From contig JBHGNT010000157.1 in the NCBI GenBank assembly GCA_043228905.1, positions 282-64,281 of the forward strand: a stretch of DNA of 64,000 bases, given 5' to 3'. Position numbers and translations under genes: made by a program. The stretch comes from Azolla caroliniana (taxonomy: Eukaryota; Plantae; Polypodiophyta). Positions 61,293 through 64,000 of the stretch are shown one piece after another. Positions within the stretch are counted from its first letter, which is position 1. Each line of letters starts with the position of its first letter. Under the pieces are notes generated by a model. The model was not told the origin of the DNA. It made no database searches and saw only the letters and a program-made list of their open reading frames with translations.

Positions 61293-64000
61293 TGTTACCG
61301 GCCGGCAAAGGAGTTCAGAGTGTGAAACGGGGAGTTATTTAATTAGTAGGAATGGTTGTAAGTAAGCTATGAGTGTGGACGGACGGACCGGAATCGGTAT
61401 GCCGTTTCGGATCCGGACCGATCCCGAATAGGTGCGGATGGCACCGTTTTGTACTACAGACCGGGAACCTATTTAAAGGCCCGGATACAATGTAATGAGG
61501 AGCGGTTAATTAATAAAGCTTAGTGTTGTTATCTCTCTGTGTTAATTGTCGTTCTGCATTCATTGTTATATTTTACGCGTGTGAATATTAAGGGCGATCT
61601 TGCTAAGTAACTTAATTAAGTCGGATTAAGTGTTGAGTCTAATCTTGTTGCCGGAACACCCCTTTGGTGAAGTGTGTTCCGTAGACACCCTGTGTTAGGC
61701 CATTGTCCGGCCCTAAGAGTTAACACAGTTTTTGGCGACCACGATTCCTGTTTTTGCAGCGAACGACGGCACGGATGGATGACTAGATCAACGCACGACC
61801 TGGTTACAGATCGAACTTGACACCTTGCCGAAAGGCAAAGGAGACGTGAGGCTTTCCAGTAAGCGGCACAGGAAATTAGAGCGGATCGCTCGTTTTCCAA
61901 CATAATCCGGAGAGTAGCGGAGGACTCCCTCTGGTTACAGCAAACATCGCACCCGAACGACGGCAGCAACCTAAGGAGCCTCCATGAAACTGAATCCCTT
62001 CTCCAGGCGTTGGCAAACAGAGAAGGCGAAGCAGAAGCCTTTTCAGCGTATGAATCGGATTCCGAAGGGGAATACAACGTGCACACGAACTACCGTAGCA
62101 GCAACGAAACCCCGGGCGGACCGGAGGACGAAGGATCAGACACCTTACCGACACCGGAACCGGAAGTGCTAAGGCTGGAACCTCCGGAACCAGCAGAGGA
62201 AGAGCGACCTCTGACACCGGAAGTTGAAGAGGAGAGGCCTCCGTCACCAAAAGAAGAGGAAAGACCACCGATGCCGGAAAAAAATCAAGAAAGACCACCG
62301 ACGCCGGAGAAAATCCCGGAATGACCACCAACACTGCCAGCCCGCGCACCGATACCGGACGACGACATGTCGTTCCAGTACTCCAAGTATAGAGATGATC
62401 CGGACGCGGAAGCTCATGTTCACGCCTTTGAACAGACATGGGAAGCAAACCATGTGTCCCAGCGATTGACCCCGGAAGAAGAGGAACGCTCTAAGATAGC
62501 AGAATTTGGCGTCACATTGGAGGGACCGGTAGCAAGATGGCGCCGGACACAGGACCCGTCTACCATCACCACCTTTGCAGATTTAAAAGCTAAATTCTTG
62601 CATTTTTTCCAAAAGGAGGTGGACCAGACAATAATGGTGGGCTTATTTTATACCATCTGACAGGAGGCAGGGGAGAACATTCCCCAGTTTGTCATCCGGT
62701 TTCAACGGATGCATAGTCAGCTTGCCCGCGCACCCCCGGAGGAGGAATTACGGACTATATTCCTAAATGCGCTCCGGGAACCCCTACACACGGTTTGCAC
62801 AGTAATTGACTTCCGCACAAGTACCATCGACCAGGTCATTGACCGGGTGAGAGAGATGGAAAAGACAAGCTCATGGCTCATACTGGGAGCACTCCAACGG
62901 GCATTACCGTCCAATGAAGACCTCCGGTTTCGGCAAGCAATACAGTGCACAACCTACTTGAATTCCGGACACTCGGCACTAGAATGCACTATGAGGACGC
63001 AATGTGTAATCTGTCAATCCAAGGGCCATACGACAGATAGGTGCGAGTATAATCTATTGAACCGGCAAGCACCTCCCGTCCGACAAATAGAGCCACGCAC
63101 CAGCCGGGATGAAGAAGAGGAACGTTGGTGGCGAATGGATCGTGACCGACCGGCACAGGATGTCCAGTATGGCGATCGACGGGAGAATGATGTCCAGTAC
63201 GGTGATCGGCGAGATAACTATGACCGGCATGATAGATATGATCGGTACCGGGATTACAATAGATGATATGAACATTACGACCGGGAGCACTCCCCCGAGT
63301 ATCGTCAACAACGGGAGGAATACGGCAGATATAACGACCAACCTCGTCAGGAGTACCGCAATAAGAAGAACTATAACAAAAAACGGCATTTCAAAAAAGG
63401 CGGCTACCCACGGGATCCGGAACAAGGAGCTTTAAGCAGCCAACCGGCCCAAAACCCCACGCTTACCACGGGACCTGCCTCAGGTACAACAGACAATGCC
63501 GAATCTAGCAATACCCGGAAAGCCTACTGCTACTACTGCCGACATGAAGGCCATTATAGTAATCAATGCCCGGCGAAGAGCTATGACAAACGACCGGCAG
63601 TAAATATGGTAGTCCCTGAAGTGGCAGATTTGCAACAGGTGACCACAAGGTCGAAGGGCATGGCCAAGGAATGGGAGACGCAGGAGACCATCCGGAAGCA
63701 AGCGAGGGAATGGGTGAAAAAAGCAAACGAGCAAAATGTCACAGACTTACAGCGGCAAAAGGAGAATACCGTAGGGTTGGCCGGCGGCAGACACTCCGAG
63801 AACGAGACATGGCTGGCGTTGCAAGAATGCTAGATTACGCTGCCACTAGGAAGACTCCTACAGCTCGTGCCAAGATTCACGGAAGGACTGAAGACGGCCA
63901 TGACGGCAGGAGAATCATCACCGGCACCGGTACTCTTCTCGAATCCGGAGGAGGGATCAACGGTGGTGGACACCAACAGTCCGGTAATCACTACCATTGT
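61293..64000 (+). mobile_element. Gypsy J 5' part: LTR 61293-61725, tRNA-Arg-type PBS 61733-61742, gag with stops and three CCHC-type knuckles; runs off the right edge
   Basis: TGTTACC...GTTAACA; PBS TGGCGACCAC; FQYSKYRDDPDAEAHVHAFEQTWEAN; CTTYLNSGHSALEC, CVICQSKGHTTDRC and CYYCRHEGHYSNQC. Confidence 0.85.

Overview
Eukaryotic, land-plant genomic DNA; a seed-free plant such as a fern is inferred from the retroelement types present. There is one clear host gene: an intronless, minus-strand GRAS transcription factor of the LAS/LS/MOC1 (SCL18) type at 15221-17908, much enlarged by low-complexity insertions and set in AT-rich, microsatellite-rich DNA with DNA-transposon debris. The rest is nested LTR retrotransposons: 1-6 kb, and 26.9-64 kb where nesting reaches seven levels. 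These include one very young intact Ty1/copia (47724-53064), a self-priming Tcn1-type chromovirus with a 7 x 206 bp tandem amplification of its integrase core, and a tRNA-Trp-primed Ty3/gypsy group that makes 4-bp, CG-centred target-site duplications (TSDs). The most unusual signal is that the LTRs of two unrelated gypsy lineages carry tRNA-like RNA polymerase III promoter modules (A box plus B box/T-arm) at the U3 edge, pointing outward; one lineage has up to three modules per LTR. All alignments were done by eye; no searches were run.
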